Part shown: positions 20,729 to 30,323 of the stretch, in pieces
Layout: the number at the start of each line of letters is the position of its first letter
How positions within the stretch are numbered: the stretch's first letter is position 1
Assembly (NCBI GenBank): GCA_021158725.1
Contig: JAGGUB010000044.1
Span: 71,533 to 135,532, forward strand
DNA from: a candidate division WOR-3 bacterium
Lineage (GTDB): Bacteria; Hydrothermota; UBA3073; NMUJ01
Reading direction: 5' to 3'
DNA length: 64,000 nt
The notes under the pieces: generated by a model
The model's database searches: none
Told to the model about the DNA's origin: nothing
The model's input: only the letters and a program-made list of their open reading frames with translations
Program-made: the position numbers and the translations under genes

Positions 20729-21682
20729 CTATATTCGATGTATTAACCGTAGATAGGGTTGGAAATATCCACGAAACCCCAATCTCTTTGCCAGCTCCAA
20801 CGCCTTATCGTACTCCCACGATGTTATGGGACGCGATAGCTCACGATATTCATCTGCCCTGTAGGAGGGATAGTACTGACTCATGAGGCTAAGATATAAA
20901 TTGGGTGATAGCTCGTGTAGAAACTTGAGCACCTTTTCAGTGTTACTTATATCGTTGGGTAACACCAGGTGTCGTACCATCAACCCACGTACCGCTATAC
21001 CGTCTTTTAAGATGAGGTCACCTACCTGGCGGTGCATCTCACGTAGTGCAGCTTGGTTAACATCCACGTAGTTGGTAACCTTGGAATATTTCAACCCTTT
21101 GTCATTATCCCCATACTTTGCATCCGGCATGTATATGTCGACGATACCGTCCATAAGCTTGAGTGTTTCAATGCTATCGTATCCGCCTGTGTTATAAACT
21201 ATCGGTATACGTAAGCCACGTTTGACTGCCCTCCACGTAGCTGCTATGATCTGTGGTACAAAATGTGTAGGTGTGACAAGGTTGATATTATGTGCCCCTT
21301 TATTCTGGAGATAGAGGAAGCAGTCTGTTAACCCATCTATTGTAACACTATCTCCCATACCGAGTTGGCTAATCGTATAGTTTTGACAATATTGGCAATG
21401 CATACTGCAGTTTGTAAAAAATACGGTACCCGATCCTTTACGTCCGCTGATGGGTGGTTCCTCACCAAAATGTAGGTGATAACTCGATATCACTACTCGC
21501 CAATCGCTACGACATTCGCCTTTAGCACCTTTGATGCGGTTCACACCACATCTGTGGCCACACAGTATGCACGATTTGAGTATTTCATATCCACTATCAA
21601 TCTTATCGCGCCACTCGCTATCCGTAAGGTTGAGATACACAGGGTATGCTATCCTTTCTCTTCCTCCTTCGCCTTCTCCCAT
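20729..21682 (-). CDS. Radical-SAM protein, PflX/YjjW-like
   Basis: A CxxxCxxC motif (CSMHCQYC) follows an N-terminal Cys cluster (CILCGHRCGVNR). Confidence 0.7.
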   Translation of the reverse strand: MGEGEGGRERIAYPVYLNLTDSEWRDKIDSGYEILKSCILCGHRCGVNRIKGAKGECRSDWRVVISSYHLHFGEEPPISGRKGSGTVFFTNCSMHCQYCQNYTISQLGMGDSVTIDGLTDCFLYLQNKGAHNINLVTPTHFVPQIIAATWRAVKRGLRIPIVYNTGGYDSIETLKLMDGIVDIYMPDAKYGDNDKGLKYSKVTNYVDVNQAALREMHRQVGDLILKDGIAVRGLMVRHLVLPNDISNTEKVLKFLHELSPNLYLSLMSQYYPSYRADEYRELSRPITSWEYDKALELAKRLGFRGYFQPYLRLIHRI

Positions 21683-22353
21683 ATAGCCTCCATCTCGTCC
21701 AGTGTCATGTTGGGATTATCCTTAAGCTTATCGAGCACTTTCTGGAACCTTCTCCTGAACTTGTAGACAGCAGATTTGAGTGTAGTTTCGGGGTCTAACC
21801 CAAGGAAGTTACCAAGATGTGCTACCGCAAATAGTAGGTCACCATACTCCTCGCGTTGCTTATCAGCGCTCGCATGCTGTAACTCTTCTAATTCCTCTTT
21901 TATCTTTTCTATCACACCCTCTATGGTGTGCCAATCGAACCCTTTCTTTGACGCCTTACGTTGTACGAATGCAGCCAACGCTAATGCTGGTAAGTCGGGT
22001 AACTCCTCCAAGAACGGTTTGCCTTTTACACGTTCCCATAGTTTCAACACCTGCTGAGCGGTGGCGGCTTTCTCATCACCAAATATATGTGGATGTCGGT
22101 GTATGAGTTTAGCCTGTAGACGTTTGATGAGCTCCACTATATCTATGTCAGCTGCAAGTGCTGTCATCACCACTAACAATAGTATGTCGCCGAGCTCCTC
22201 CTCCATTTTGTCCTTATCGCCGAGGCTACCCCAGAGTTCGTAGACTTCTTCAAAGAATAGTGGTGTTAAGGTGGATGGTGTTTGCTTGCTGTCCCATGGA
22301 CATTCTCTGCGTAACCGTTTAACGATATCGATAAGCTTGTCGAATTCCTGCAT
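21649..22353 (-). CDS. mazG: Nucleoside-triphosphate pyrophosphohydrolase MazG
   Basis: It has an EExxE metal-binding helix (EEVYELWG, EEELGDILLLV) and a tandem MazG-domain layout. There is a 34-nt overlap with the radical-SAM gene. Confidence 0.8.
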   Translation of the reverse strand: MQEFDKLIDIVKRLRRECPWDSKQTPSTLTPLFFEEVYELWGSLGDKDKMEEELGDILLLVVMTALAADIDIVELIKRLQAKLIHRHPHIFGDEKAATAQQVLKLWERVKGKPFLEELPDLPALALAAFVQRKASKKGFDWHTIEGVIEKIKEELEELQHASADKQREEYGDLLFAVAHLGNFLGLDPETTLKSAVYKFRRRFQKVLDKLKDNPNMTLDEMEAIWEKAKEEEKG

Positions 22354-22376
22354 GTGTCAAAAATATCCAATTTATA

Positions 22377-22404
22377 CTATTGACAAGCATCATTATCTCG
22401 TATT
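22377..22404 (+). promoter_or_regulatory. Candidate sigma-70 promoter for rpmG/tRNA-Trp (TTGACA ... TATTTT)
   Basis: TTGACA at 22377-22382 with a T/A-rich -10 region about 15-17 nt downstream. The rpmG ATG has no obvious SD, which suggests a short leader or leaderless start. Confidence 0.3.
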
Positions 22405-22412
22405 TTTAAACA

Positions 22413-22562
22413 ATGCGTGTAGTTATAAGGTTGGCGTGCGATGAGTGTGGTAGACGTAATTACACGACAACGAAACGTAAGGATAAGCGTGACAAACTCG
22501 TGCTACGGAAGTACTGTCCGTTTTGCAGGAAACATACAATACATAAAGAGGTCAAACGATAA
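22413..22562 (+). CDS. rpmG: 50S ribosomal protein L33
   Basis: 49-codon ORF: [49 protein letters not shown]. It has the CxxC...CxxC zinc ribbon and the YTTTKNKR motif. It is missing from the ORF track (<60 aa). It occupies the conserved position before tRNA-Trp-secE-nusG. Confidence 0.8.
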   Translation: MRVVIRLACDECGRRNYTTTKRKDKRDKLVLRKYCPFCRKHTIHKEVKR

Positions 22563-22564
22563 TT

Positions 22565-22637
22565 GGGCCCGTAGCTCAACAGGCAGAGCACCGGACTCCA
22601 AATCCGGGGGCTGGGGGTTCAAGTCCTCCCGGGCCTG
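22565..22637 (+). tRNA. tRNA-Trp (anticodon CCA)
   Basis: The sequence folds as a cloverleaf with anticodon loop CUCCAAA, T-loop GGTTCAAGTCC and a 7-bp acceptor stem. CCA is not encoded. Confidence 0.9.
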
Positions 22638-22646
22638 CTTGTTTTT

Positions 22647-22835
22647 ATGATGTGGCGTAAAGTAAAACAGTTTATACAGGAATCAGCCGAGGAGCTACGT
22701 AAAATGACATGGTCACCATGGCAGGAGCTATGGGCGACTACTTGGATTGTAATATTTTTTGTCTTAATCGTGGGTATATACCTGGTTTTTGTGGATCGCA
22801 TCTTCGCCCTGTTTATTACCCGATTAGTGAGGTAA
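22647..22835 (+). CDS. secE: Preprotein translocase subunit SecE
   Basis: 62 aa with a single C-terminal TM helix. It sits in the conserved position upstream of nusG. Confidence 0.8.
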   Translation: MMWRKVKQFIQESAEELRKMTWSPWQELWATTWIVIFFVLIVGIYLVFVDRIFALFITRLVR

Positions 22836-22836
22836 C

Positions 22837-23361
22837 ATGAAACGCTGGTATCTCGTACGTGTACGTTCGGGTGCCGAAAAACGTATAGCTAAGATTATTC
22901 AAGAAGAGGCTGCAGCACGTAATCTTACGGATAAGATTGAAACTATTTTCATACCACATCGTATTGTAACTGTATTTACTGACAAAGGTAAGAGTCAAAC
23001 CAGTAAGAAGCTATTCCCTGGCTATGTAGCCCTGTACATGGAGTTGGACGATAAAGTGCGTGAGATGTTGAACTCAATTCGTGGCATCCTCTATACACCA
23101 GGTAGAGGGCGTGAACCTTATCCATTGAGTGACGAAGAAGCTAAACGGTTGTTGGAATTTAAGAAGGCTGAAGAGGAACGTGTTGTTGAGGTACCATTCC
23201 AAAGAGGTGATACCTTAAGGATTGTAGATGGACCGTTTGTCGATTTCACTGGTGTGGTGGAGGAGGTTTACCCGGAAAAGGGGAGAGTTAAATTACTTGT
23301 CACAATACTTGGTAGGCAAACACCGGTGGAGTTGAGCTTCCACCAGGTTGAACCCTTATAA
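22837..23361 (+). CDS. nusG: Transcription termination/antitermination factor NusG
   Basis: An NGN domain (WYLVRVRSGAEKR) and a KOW motif (GDTLRIVDGPFVDFTGVV) are present. Confidence 0.95.
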   Translation: MKRWYLVRVRSGAEKRIAKIIQEEAAARNLTDKIETIFIPHRIVTVFTDKGKSQTSKKLFPGYVALYMELDDKVREMLNSIRGILYTPGRGREPYPLSDEEAKRLLEFKKAEEERVVEVPFQRGDTLRIVDGPFVDFTGVVEEVYPEKGRVKLLVTILGRQTPVELSFHQVEPL

Positions 23362-23371
23362 GGAGGTATAG

Positions 23372-23806
23372 ATGGCACGTAGGAAGAAAGTTATCGCTAA
23401 AGTTAAACTTTACCTGAAAGCGGGTGAAGCTACACCGGGACCACCGGTAGGTACTACGCTTGGTACGTATGGTATAAATCTTGGTAAGTTCGTGCAGGAA
23501 TACAATGCGAAGACAAGGGAGCAGGCAGGTAACATCATCCCTGTAATCGTCACGATATACGAGGATAAAAGCTTTGAACTCGAATTTCGTAAACCACCGA
23601 CCTCGTTCCTTTTGAAGAAGGCTGCCAACATTGTCAAAGGGGCGGCTCAACCTGGACGTGAGACGGTGGCCAAAATTCCTTACGAGAAGGTGGTCGAGAT
23701 TGCCAAGTATAAGTTGGATGAACTTAACACTGACGACCTTGATAAAGCTGTGAAGATTGTGATAGGTACCGCACGTTCAATGGGTATAGAAGTGGAGGAA
23801 AGATGA
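23372..23806 (+). CDS. rplK: 50S ribosomal protein L11
   Basis: MARRKKVIAKVKL...PGPPVGTTLG is the L11 signature. Confidence 0.97.
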   Translation: MARRKKVIAKVKLYLKAGEATPGPPVGTTLGTYGINLGKFVQEYNAKTREQAGNIIPVIVTIYEDKSFELEFRKPPTSFLLKKAANIVKGAAQPGRETVAKIPYEKVVEIAKYKLDELNTDDLDKAVKIVIGTARSMGIEVEER

Positions 23807-24510
23807 AGCGTTCCAAACGTATGCGTGCTATACTGGAGAAGGTTGACACTACGAAAGAGTACTCACTACGTGAGGCGATCAAGATACTGAAAGAAGTGGC
23901 ATGCGCCAAGTTTGACGAAACTGTGGAGGTTGCCTTTCATATGGGGGTGGATCCGAGACGTTCTGATCAAATGGTACGCGGTAGTGTGGTACTACCCCAT
24001 GGTACGGGTAAGACCAAACGTGTGCTGGTATTGACCAAAAGTGCGGTCGATGAAGCTAAACAAGCAGGTGCTGACTATGTGGGGAGTGATGAATACATCG
24101 AGAAGATCCAGAAGGGGTGGCTCGAATTCGATGCAGTTGTGGCTACGCCTGAAGTTATGAAAGATGTAGCTAAACTGGGTAGGATACTGGGGCCGAGGGG
24201 GTTGATGCCAAGCCCTAAAACCGGTACGGTTACCAATCAGCCAGCTGAGGTTATACGGGAGCTCAAAAAGGGGAGGGTAGACTTTAAGCTCAGCCGTACT
24301 GGTGATATACATGTACCTGTGGGTAAGATATCCTTCACGGAAGATGCACTTTACGAAAATATTCTCGAATTGGTGCAAGCACTACTTGATGCAAAGCCTG
24401 CTGGTGCGAAAGGGACCTACATACAATCGATGCATATATCGTCGACTATGGGGCCAGGCCTTAAGATCAACCTACGTGAGTTGTTCAACGAACTACAAGC
24501 CAGGAGGTGA
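23803..24510 (+). CDS. rplA: 50S ribosomal protein L1
   Basis: Full-length L1 signature. ATGA overlap with rplK. Confidence 0.97.
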   Translation: MKRSKRMRAILEKVDTTKEYSLREAIKILKEVACAKFDETVEVAFHMGVDPRRSDQMVRGSVVLPHGTGKTKRVLVLTKSAVDEAKQAGADYVGSDEYIEKIQKGWLEFDAVVATPEVMKDVAKLGRILGPRGLMPSPKTGTVTNQPAEVIRELKKGRVDFKLSRTGDIHVPVGKISFTEDALYENILELVQALLDAKPAGAKGTYIQSMHISSTMGPGLKINLRELFNELQARR

Positions 24511-24511
24511 T

Positions 24512-25030
24512 ATGCTCAAAAAGGATAAACCAAGGGTGGTGGACGAGCTTGCTAATCTCATCAAGGATGCCCCCGGTATATATCTTACGGATTTCTCAGG
24601 GCTCAATGTAAGTGAGATGCAAATTTTACGTAAACGGTTACGCGAAAAGGGTATTACCTTCAAGGTAGTAAGGAATCGTCTGCTACAGCGGGCATCTGAG
24701 ATGGTCAATAAGTCCGAACTTGTAGAGAAATTAGTAGGCCCAACTGCGATATGTCTAAACTACGACGATCCGTATGTCATACCGAAGGTGTTGATGGAAT
24801 TCATCAACGAATTTAAGAAGCTCAAAATCAAGGCTGCATGGGTTGAGGGTGAGTTGCTCAATGAGGACGAGATACAAGCACTTGCTAAGTTACCATCCAG
24901 AGATGAATTGCTGGCAAAAGCTGTAAACACCGTAGCAGCCCCCATATCACAACTTATGGGTGTATTGCAAAACCTTCTGCAGACGTTGGTGGCTACGCTT
25001 GATGCCATCAAGAGTAAACAGGGGGCTTGA
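24512..25030 (+). CDS. rplJ: 50S ribosomal protein L10
   Basis: The SD (AGGAGG) overlaps the rplA stop, and the ATG lies 1 nt after it. The 172-aa product begins MLKKDKPRVVDELANLIKDAPGIYLTDFSGLNVSEM. The track ORF 24302-25030 is an in-frame upstream extension. Confidence 0.9.
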   Translation: MLKKDKPRVVDELANLIKDAPGIYLTDFSGLNVSEMQILRKRLREKGITFKVVRNRLLQRASEMVNKSELVEKLVGPTAICLNYDDPYVIPKVLMEFINEFKKLKIKAAWVEGELLNEDEIQALAKLPSRDELLAKAVNTVAAPISQLMGVLQNLLQTLVATLDAIKSKQGA

Positions 25031-26403
25031 TGGCGATGCAGAAGCTACGCCAAAAGATGGTGGCATTTCTATGGTTTGCGGCGGCACTTTTTATTTTATT
25101 TATATTTTTGCAATGGGGGTTACACTTTACGTCTACACGTATGTTGACTATGCGTGAGAAGGGCTATATCGCTAAGATTGGTAACACAATGGTGAAGGAC
25201 GACTATTATAGGAGAATAGTGAACAATATCGCACGTGATACTATGCTTACACCTGAGGAAGTGGAAGCGATTGCGTTTGATAACTTAGTCACAGAGGTTA
25301 TTGTTGATAACGAGGTACGTAAGAAGGGGTTGATGCCTTCGGATGAAACCATTATCGAGTTGATAAAGAAATATCCGCCACAGGAGTTACGTAATGACTC
25401 GAGCTTCCTACGTGAAGACGGTACTTTCGATTACGATAGGTACTGGGAGCTATTGAGTGACCCACGTGCACGCCCATACTTTGAAAATTATGAACGTCTG
25501 CTACGATACAACATAACACGACAGCGCTTATTTGCTGAGGTAACCGGCTACGTGCGACCCACCATGCAGGAGTTATGGGAACGCTACCGTGAACGCAAAA
25601 CACGTATGAAAATACGTGGGGTTAGGTTTGTACCTCAATTTGATATCGATGATACTACGATATACCAATATTACGAAGCACATAAGGAGGAGTTCAAAAT
25701 ATTGGCGAAACCGCGTTTCGAGTGTGTGATGATACCACGTAATACTGAAGAGGGTGAAACCAAAGTTGGCCTCGTGTATTCGCGACTTGATAAAGGTGAA
25801 CACTGGGTTTCTGTGGTTAGGGATTATGGGCTTACAGTTGATACCATTGCAGGCGATACGATAGCGGGTATACCGCTTACATATGCACTTAAAACCTACA
25901 ACGAAGGTCATATACTTGCGATAAGTTCAGATGATACTGTCTATTATCTGAGGATCATTTACAACCCATACATGAAGTCCGAACCCGAGTATGAATATTT
26001 GACAGTAGAGCAGGCTCGTAACTCGATTACTACGACAATTTATCGACAGCGGTTGGCTGCATATCTGGATTCGATTAAACCTTACTTTGCAAAATATCGA
26101 AACAAAAGCAAACTATCACCATGGTTTACTGTAGTTGATACGATATGGGGGATCACTGATAGAAGCTTCTACTATCAAGTACTGGCTATAGATTCTGGTA
26201 CAGTGGGTAAGGTGGTGCTTGATTCATGTGGCTATCTTGTCAAAGTCATCGATAAAAAGGAACCCACAATAGATGAGTTCCAATCCGATACCACTTTTGT
26301 GCATGACTATATCATCCAATATCAACAAGACTTCTATAATGCATGGGTTGAAAACCTCAAACATCATACCAAAATAGAGGATTACAGGTTTTACGTCCGA
26401 TAG
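25030..26403 (+). CDS. Membrane-anchored SurA-N / PpiD-like periplasmic chaperone-like protein
   Basis: An N-terminal TM helix (VAFLWFAAALFILFIFL) is followed by a SurA N-terminal-like helical region. I saw no clear parvulin catalytic motif. Its start overlaps the rplJ stop (TGATG). Confidence 0.45.
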   Translation: MAMQKLRQKMVAFLWFAAALFILFIFLQWGLHFTSTRMLTMREKGYIAKIGNTMVKDDYYRRIVNNIARDTMLTPEEVEAIAFDNLVTEVIVDNEVRKKGLMPSDETIIELIKKYPPQELRNDSSFLREDGTFDYDRYWELLSDPRARPYFENYERLLRYNITRQRLFAEVTGYVRPTMQELWERYRERKTRMKIRGVRFVPQFDIDDTTIYQYYEAHKEEFKILAKPRFECVMIPRNTEEGETKVGLVYSRLDKGEHWVSVVRDYGLTVDTIAGDTIAGIPLTYALKTYNEGHILAISSDDTVYYLRIIYNPYMKSEPEYEYLTVEQARNSITTTIYRQRLAAYLDSIKPYFAKYRNKSKLSPWFTVVDTIWGITDRSFYYQVLAIDSGTVGKVVLDSCGYLVKVIDKKEPTIDEFQSDTTFVHDYIIQYQQDFYNAWVENLKHHTKIEDYRFYVR

Positions 26404-26421
26404 TAAGTGCTATCTACATAG

Positions 26422-27522
26422 ATGATACTTCATAGATACATCCTTAAGGAGGAGCTACCTCCCTTTTTGCTCGGTATAGGTGTACTTACAGTGATACTGT
26501 TGATGAACCAGTTCTTCCTCATGGTATGGGATATCATCGGTAAGGGGGTGAAACCTATCCAAATAGCACGTGTATTACTTTATTCACTGCCATTTATATT
26601 TGTGTTCACCATACCTATGGGAATATTTATTGCACACCTTATGGCATTTGGGCGGTTGAATCAGGACTTTGAGCTGCTGGCATTGAAGGGGTGCGGTGTA
26701 CATCCTATGAAAATATCGATAGTACCGTTTACATTATCGTTAATCGTGACGGGGGGTGTGTTCTACCTAACTAATCATGTGGTACCGGATGCCAACTTCA
26801 AGCTACGTAAGCTACTCTATACTATCGCGTACGAGAAGCCCACGTATCGTATAAAGCCACGTGTGATATTTTCAGAGCTACCAGATTATGATCTGTATGT
26901 GTTGGAGGTAGAGCATAAAACAGGTCACCTGGAAGGGGTTACGATTTTTGAGAAAGTTTCACCTTATCGTACCATAGTCGCACGTGAGGGGTACCTTTAC
27001 TCACGTGATTCTATACTTGTACTGCAGTTGATAGATGGTGAAATACATACAGTGGATGAAAATGGCTATCAAAAAGTGAGCTTCCCCAAGTATGTGCTTA
27101 GGGTATCGTTAGAGGCAAAAACCAAATATCATGGTGCACATCACCGTACAGATAGCGAGTTATCGCTATCGGGTATTAAGCAACGTATCGTTGAAATAAA
27201 GCGTGGTAAAGGATCCACTGAATACAAGCGGTTAAGGATAAATCGGTTAATGGTTGAGTATCACAAGAAATTGGCGCTCGCTTTCTCACCGGTAGTGCTT
27301 ACGGTGTTGGGGCTCGGTATTGCACTATCATTACGTAAGGTGGGTGCGGGGTTGAGTTTCGGTATCGCACTCCCTTTTTTCATTTTCTACTATGTGTGCT
27401 TGGTAGGTGGTGAAACGCTTGGCGATCGTGGTATAATCGCACCATGGTTGAGTATGTGGTTTGCTAATATAACATTAGGGGCGGTGGGGGTATGCCTTTT
27501 CATACGGAACTTGTGTAGATGA
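26422..27522 (+). CDS. LPS export ABC transporter permease (LptF/LptG family, YjgP/YjgQ)
   Basis: It has 6 TM helices with a periplasmic beta-jellyroll insert between TM3 and TM4. It is paired with a second copy downstream. Confidence 0.75.
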   Translation: MILHRYILKEELPPFLLGIGVLTVILLMNQFFLMVWDIIGKGVKPIQIARVLLYSLPFIFVFTIPMGIFIAHLMAFGRLNQDFELLALKGCGVHPMKISIVPFTLSLIVTGGVFYLTNHVVPDANFKLRKLLYTIAYEKPTYRIKPRVIFSELPDYDLYVLEVEHKTGHLEGVTIFEKVSPYRTIVAREGYLYSRDSILVLQLIDGEIHTVDENGYQKVSFPKYVLRVSLEAKTKYHGAHHRTDSELSLSGIKQRIVEIKRGKGSTEYKRLRINRLMVEYHKKLALAFSPVVLTVLGLGIALSLRKVGAGLSFGIALPFFIFYYVCLVGGETLGDRGIIAPWLSMWFANITLGAVGVCLFIRNLCR

Positions 27523-28580
27523 AAATTACCGACCGCTACATGATCAAAGGGTTCTTGCGTATGTTTGGGTTGAGTCTCGCTGCTATTACGTTCATCTATG
27601 TGGTTGTGGATATGTTTGAAAAGATGTCACGTTTTATAGCACTCAAAGTACCGGGGAGCAAGATCTTACTTTACTACCTTTACGAGATACCTGTGGCGGT
27701 TACCCGCATAATCGCACCCATAGCGGTGTTGATCGCCGGTATTGCAGCTGTGGGGACACTTTCGCGTAACTTTGAGCTAATCGCATTTAAAGCCAGCGGT
27801 ATAAGTTTGTACCGATTGTTTGCCCCGCTTATAGGTGTTGGTATCTTGTTGAGTCTATCCATATTTGTGATGGATGAGGAGCTCAGCACACGTGCTGCTT
27901 GGCATAAAAGGTTATTAAGTGAACAGATATTTCATCGTCGTTACGAGGATATCAAACGTAAACGCATATATCTGATGAGCGAAGAGGGGCTATTTTTTAA
28001 GGTCGATAGATTAATACCTGAGAAACATACGCTGGTACGGCTTACGGTTTATAAGTTTGAAGATGGTCATATTGCTGCAAGGTTGGATGCCAATCGCGCA
28101 GAATGGTGCAATAAGTGGTATGTTTACGATGGTAGATTGTACGATTTTGATTCTGAAAAGTTTGTACAGTTTGCAAGCTATCAACCCAACTGGTACGTTA
28201 CGTTTGGGTCGTTCCTTTTTGAGGCTAAGTTCCTTGAAGAGCTACGTATACCGGAGTTACGCCAGTATATCAATAAGTTACGTGCGGGTGGTGAAGATAC
28301 GGTTGATGAGGAGGTTGAGCTACACACCCGCATAGCGTTTTCGCTTACGGGGTTCATCGTGTTGCTTATTGCATTGCCTATTGCTGTTAATGTGAGGTTG
28401 AGTGGCTTCACATGGGGGTTTGCGTTTGCATTTCTTATGAGCTTCATTTATTGGGGGTTGACCCAAACCGGTAAGGCGCTTGGTAAAGCTGGCCTATTAT
28501 CACCTGGATTGGCAGCATGGTTGCCCAACCTCGTATTCATGGTGATAGCTGCTATACTGTTGCAGGTGGCACGCAAATAG
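27519..28580 (+). CDS. LPS export ABC transporter permease (LptG/LptF family)
   Basis: A paralogue of the upstream gene with the same topology. ATGA overlap with it. Confidence 0.75.
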   Translation: MKITDRYMIKGFLRMFGLSLAAITFIYVVVDMFEKMSRFIALKVPGSKILLYYLYEIPVAVTRIIAPIAVLIAGIAAVGTLSRNFELIAFKASGISLYRLFAPLIGVGILLSLSIFVMDEELSTRAAWHKRLLSEQIFHRRYEDIKRKRIYLMSEEGLFFKVDRLIPEKHTLVRLTVYKFEDGHIAARLDANRAEWCNKWYVYDGRLYDFDSEKFVQFASYQPNWYVTFGSFLFEAKFLEELRIPELRQYINKLRAGGEDTVDEEVELHTRIAFSLTGFIVLLIALPIAVNVRLSGFTWGFAFAFLMSFIYWGLTQTGKALGKAGLLSPGLAAWLPNLVFMVIAAILLQVARK

Positions 28581-28654
28581 GTGTATAAGAGACGGTGCTG
28601 GGTGTCGGGTTACGTTGAAGTTGACCTGCCCAATTTTTACGTAATATATTTACG

Positions 28655-29500
28655 ATGGGCAAACTGAGAAATATAGGATTGGTAATAAATCCCAAACGTC
28701 AGTTGGTGGCTGTGGTGTTGCCAGAGCTTATCGATTGGCTACGTAAGCATGGGTTGCAATTCACATGTTATTTTACGACACAACCAGAAAATACGATGGC
28801 TACAATGTGTTCAACTGCTACCGCAGAGGAGTTACATCATACGGATATGGTGATGGCACTCGGTGGTGATGGTACATTACTTACGGCTGCACGACTTGTT
28901 GGTGGACGTCACATACCGATATTGGGTATAAATGTGGGAAGTTTGGGGTTTCTCACGGAATTTTCGGTAGATGAAATGTATCCGACTCTCTCTAAGGTGA
29001 TAAGAGGTGACTTCTACATAGAGGAACGTACAGTATTAGAGGCAGAACATCCAGATAGTGGTAAAATTGTTGGCTTAAATGATATTGTGTTACTACCAAA
29101 AGAACCGGGACGGTTGTTGCAGTTCTGGGTATGGGTAGATGATGAGTATCTTGCTAACTTCTCGGCGGATGGGTTTATAATCTCCACACCTACAGGGTCA
29201 ACCGCGTATGCGCTTGCGGCAGGTGGACCGATTGTTTATCCAACACTACCAGCAATATTGTTTGTACCTATATGTCCACATACGTTGGGTGCAAGACCGT
29301 TAGTGCTACCCGATACGGTGAAGATAGTGTTTGAAACCCGCCAACCTGCATTACTCATAGGGGATGGACAGACGAAGTTAAATATTGCACCTGGTGAACA
29401 TATTGTGGCACAAAAAGCGGACTACACTATACAGCTTGTTAAGATACATGGTAAGTCGTTTCTGCAAACCTTACGTAATAAGCTTCATTGGGGAGGTTAA
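28655..29500 (+). CDS. nadK: NAD(+) kinase
   Basis: GGDGTLL and NDIVLL/DGxxxSTPTGSTAYALAAGGP motifs are present. Confidence 0.9.
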   Translation: MGKLRNIGLVINPKRQLVAVVLPELIDWLRKHGLQFTCYFTTQPENTMATMCSTATAEELHHTDMVMALGGDGTLLTAARLVGGRHIPILGINVGSLGFLTEFSVDEMYPTLSKVIRGDFYIEERTVLEAEHPDSGKIVGLNDIVLLPKEPGRLLQFWVWVDDEYLANFSADGFIISTPTGSTAYALAAGGPIVYPTLPAILFVPICPHTLGARPLVLPDTVKIVFETRQPALLIGDGQTKLNIAPGEHIVAQKADYTIQLVKIHGKSFLQTLRNKLHWGG

Positions 29501-29501
29501 C

Positions 29502-30323
29502 ATGCAGAACTTTATAAAAGTGAAGTTCCATGAGCTCGACCCCATAAGGTGGGTTGTAGCGCCAGACGAGGAACTTAAGTCTGGCGATGTAATAGTTTTT
29601 GATTATGATGGTGACGAAGATATAGGGGTGGTCGATACCATAGCTTCACATGAAGGGGAGGGTGACAAATTCATACGTAAGGCGTCGCTCGAAGATCTAA
29701 CGAAGTGGGAACGGGTGAAGTTACGTGCGAAGGAGATACTTGCATTCTCACGTGAAACCGTCTACAGCAAGGGGTTGGATGTACGTATAGTGGATTCACA
29801 CCTTACGTTATCGGAGAAGAAGGTTGAAATCTTTTATTTGGCTACAAAGAAGGTCGACCTTAAAGGGTTGGCACGTTCGGTAGGTAAGAACTTCAAGGTA
29901 CGAGTGCGATTACGTGCGATAGGGCCACGTGAAGCTGCACAAAAGATGGGCGGGTTTGGCCTGTGTGGTCGTAGACTCTGTTGTGCGACATTCCTCAAGG
30001 AGTTTCAACTTATAACCCTACAGGGGGTGAAACTGCAGAATATATTTGCAAGTGCGGATAAACTTACTGGGTTATGTGGACGGCTCATGTGTTGCTTGGG
30101 GTTTGAGAAAGATTTTTATGAAGAAGTGATGAAAGATTTTCCACAGGTGGGTGAAGTTGTCCATACTCCGTATGGACGGGGTGAGGTGCTCGAAGTGCGT
30201 GTATTTCAACGTGAAGTTAAGGTTAAGCTTGAGAATAATAGGTTGGTAAACTTTGTCATCGATGATATTAAACGAGGAGGTAGAGATGAAGCTACCAGGT
30301 CCGAAAGCAGAGGAGATACTTGA
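29502..30323 (+). CDS. PSP1 C-terminal domain protein (RicT/YaaT-like)
   Basis: It has the duplicated Cys motif GLCGRRLCCATFL / GLCGRLMCCLGF characteristic of PSP1/RicT. The start follows the SD GGGAGG. The track ORF 29385 is an upstream extension into nadK. Confidence 0.7.
   Translation: MQNFIKVKFHELDPIRWVVAPDEELKSGDVIVFDYDGDEDIGVVDTIASHEGEGDKFIRKASLEDLTKWERVKLRAKEILAFSRETVYSKGLDVRIVDSHLTLSEKKVEIFYLATKKVDLKGLARSVGKNFKVRVRLRAIGPREAAQKMGGFGLCGRRLCCATFLKEFQLITLQGVKLQNIFASADKLTGLCGRLMCCLGFEKDFYEEVMKDFPQVGEVVHTPYGRGEVLEVRVFQREVKVKLENNRLVNFVIDDIKRGGRDEATRSESRGDT

Noticed and set aside
22441-22650. 69-aa ORF in the track
   Set aside because: It is out of frame with rpmG and reads straight through tRNA-Trp (its C-terminal GRAPDSKSGGWGFKSS is the translated tRNA). 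It is a spurious ORF.
24302-24511. Upstream in-frame extension of rplJ ORF
   Set aside because: It lies inside rplA. The true start is ATG 24512 with AGGAGG 4 nt upstream, giving a canonical 172-aa L10.
28621-28650. TTGACC-N18-TATATT promoter-like element upstream of nadK
   Set aside because: The -10 ends only 4 nt before the ATG, so the predicted TSS would fall inside the start codon. It is too uncertain to list as a feature.
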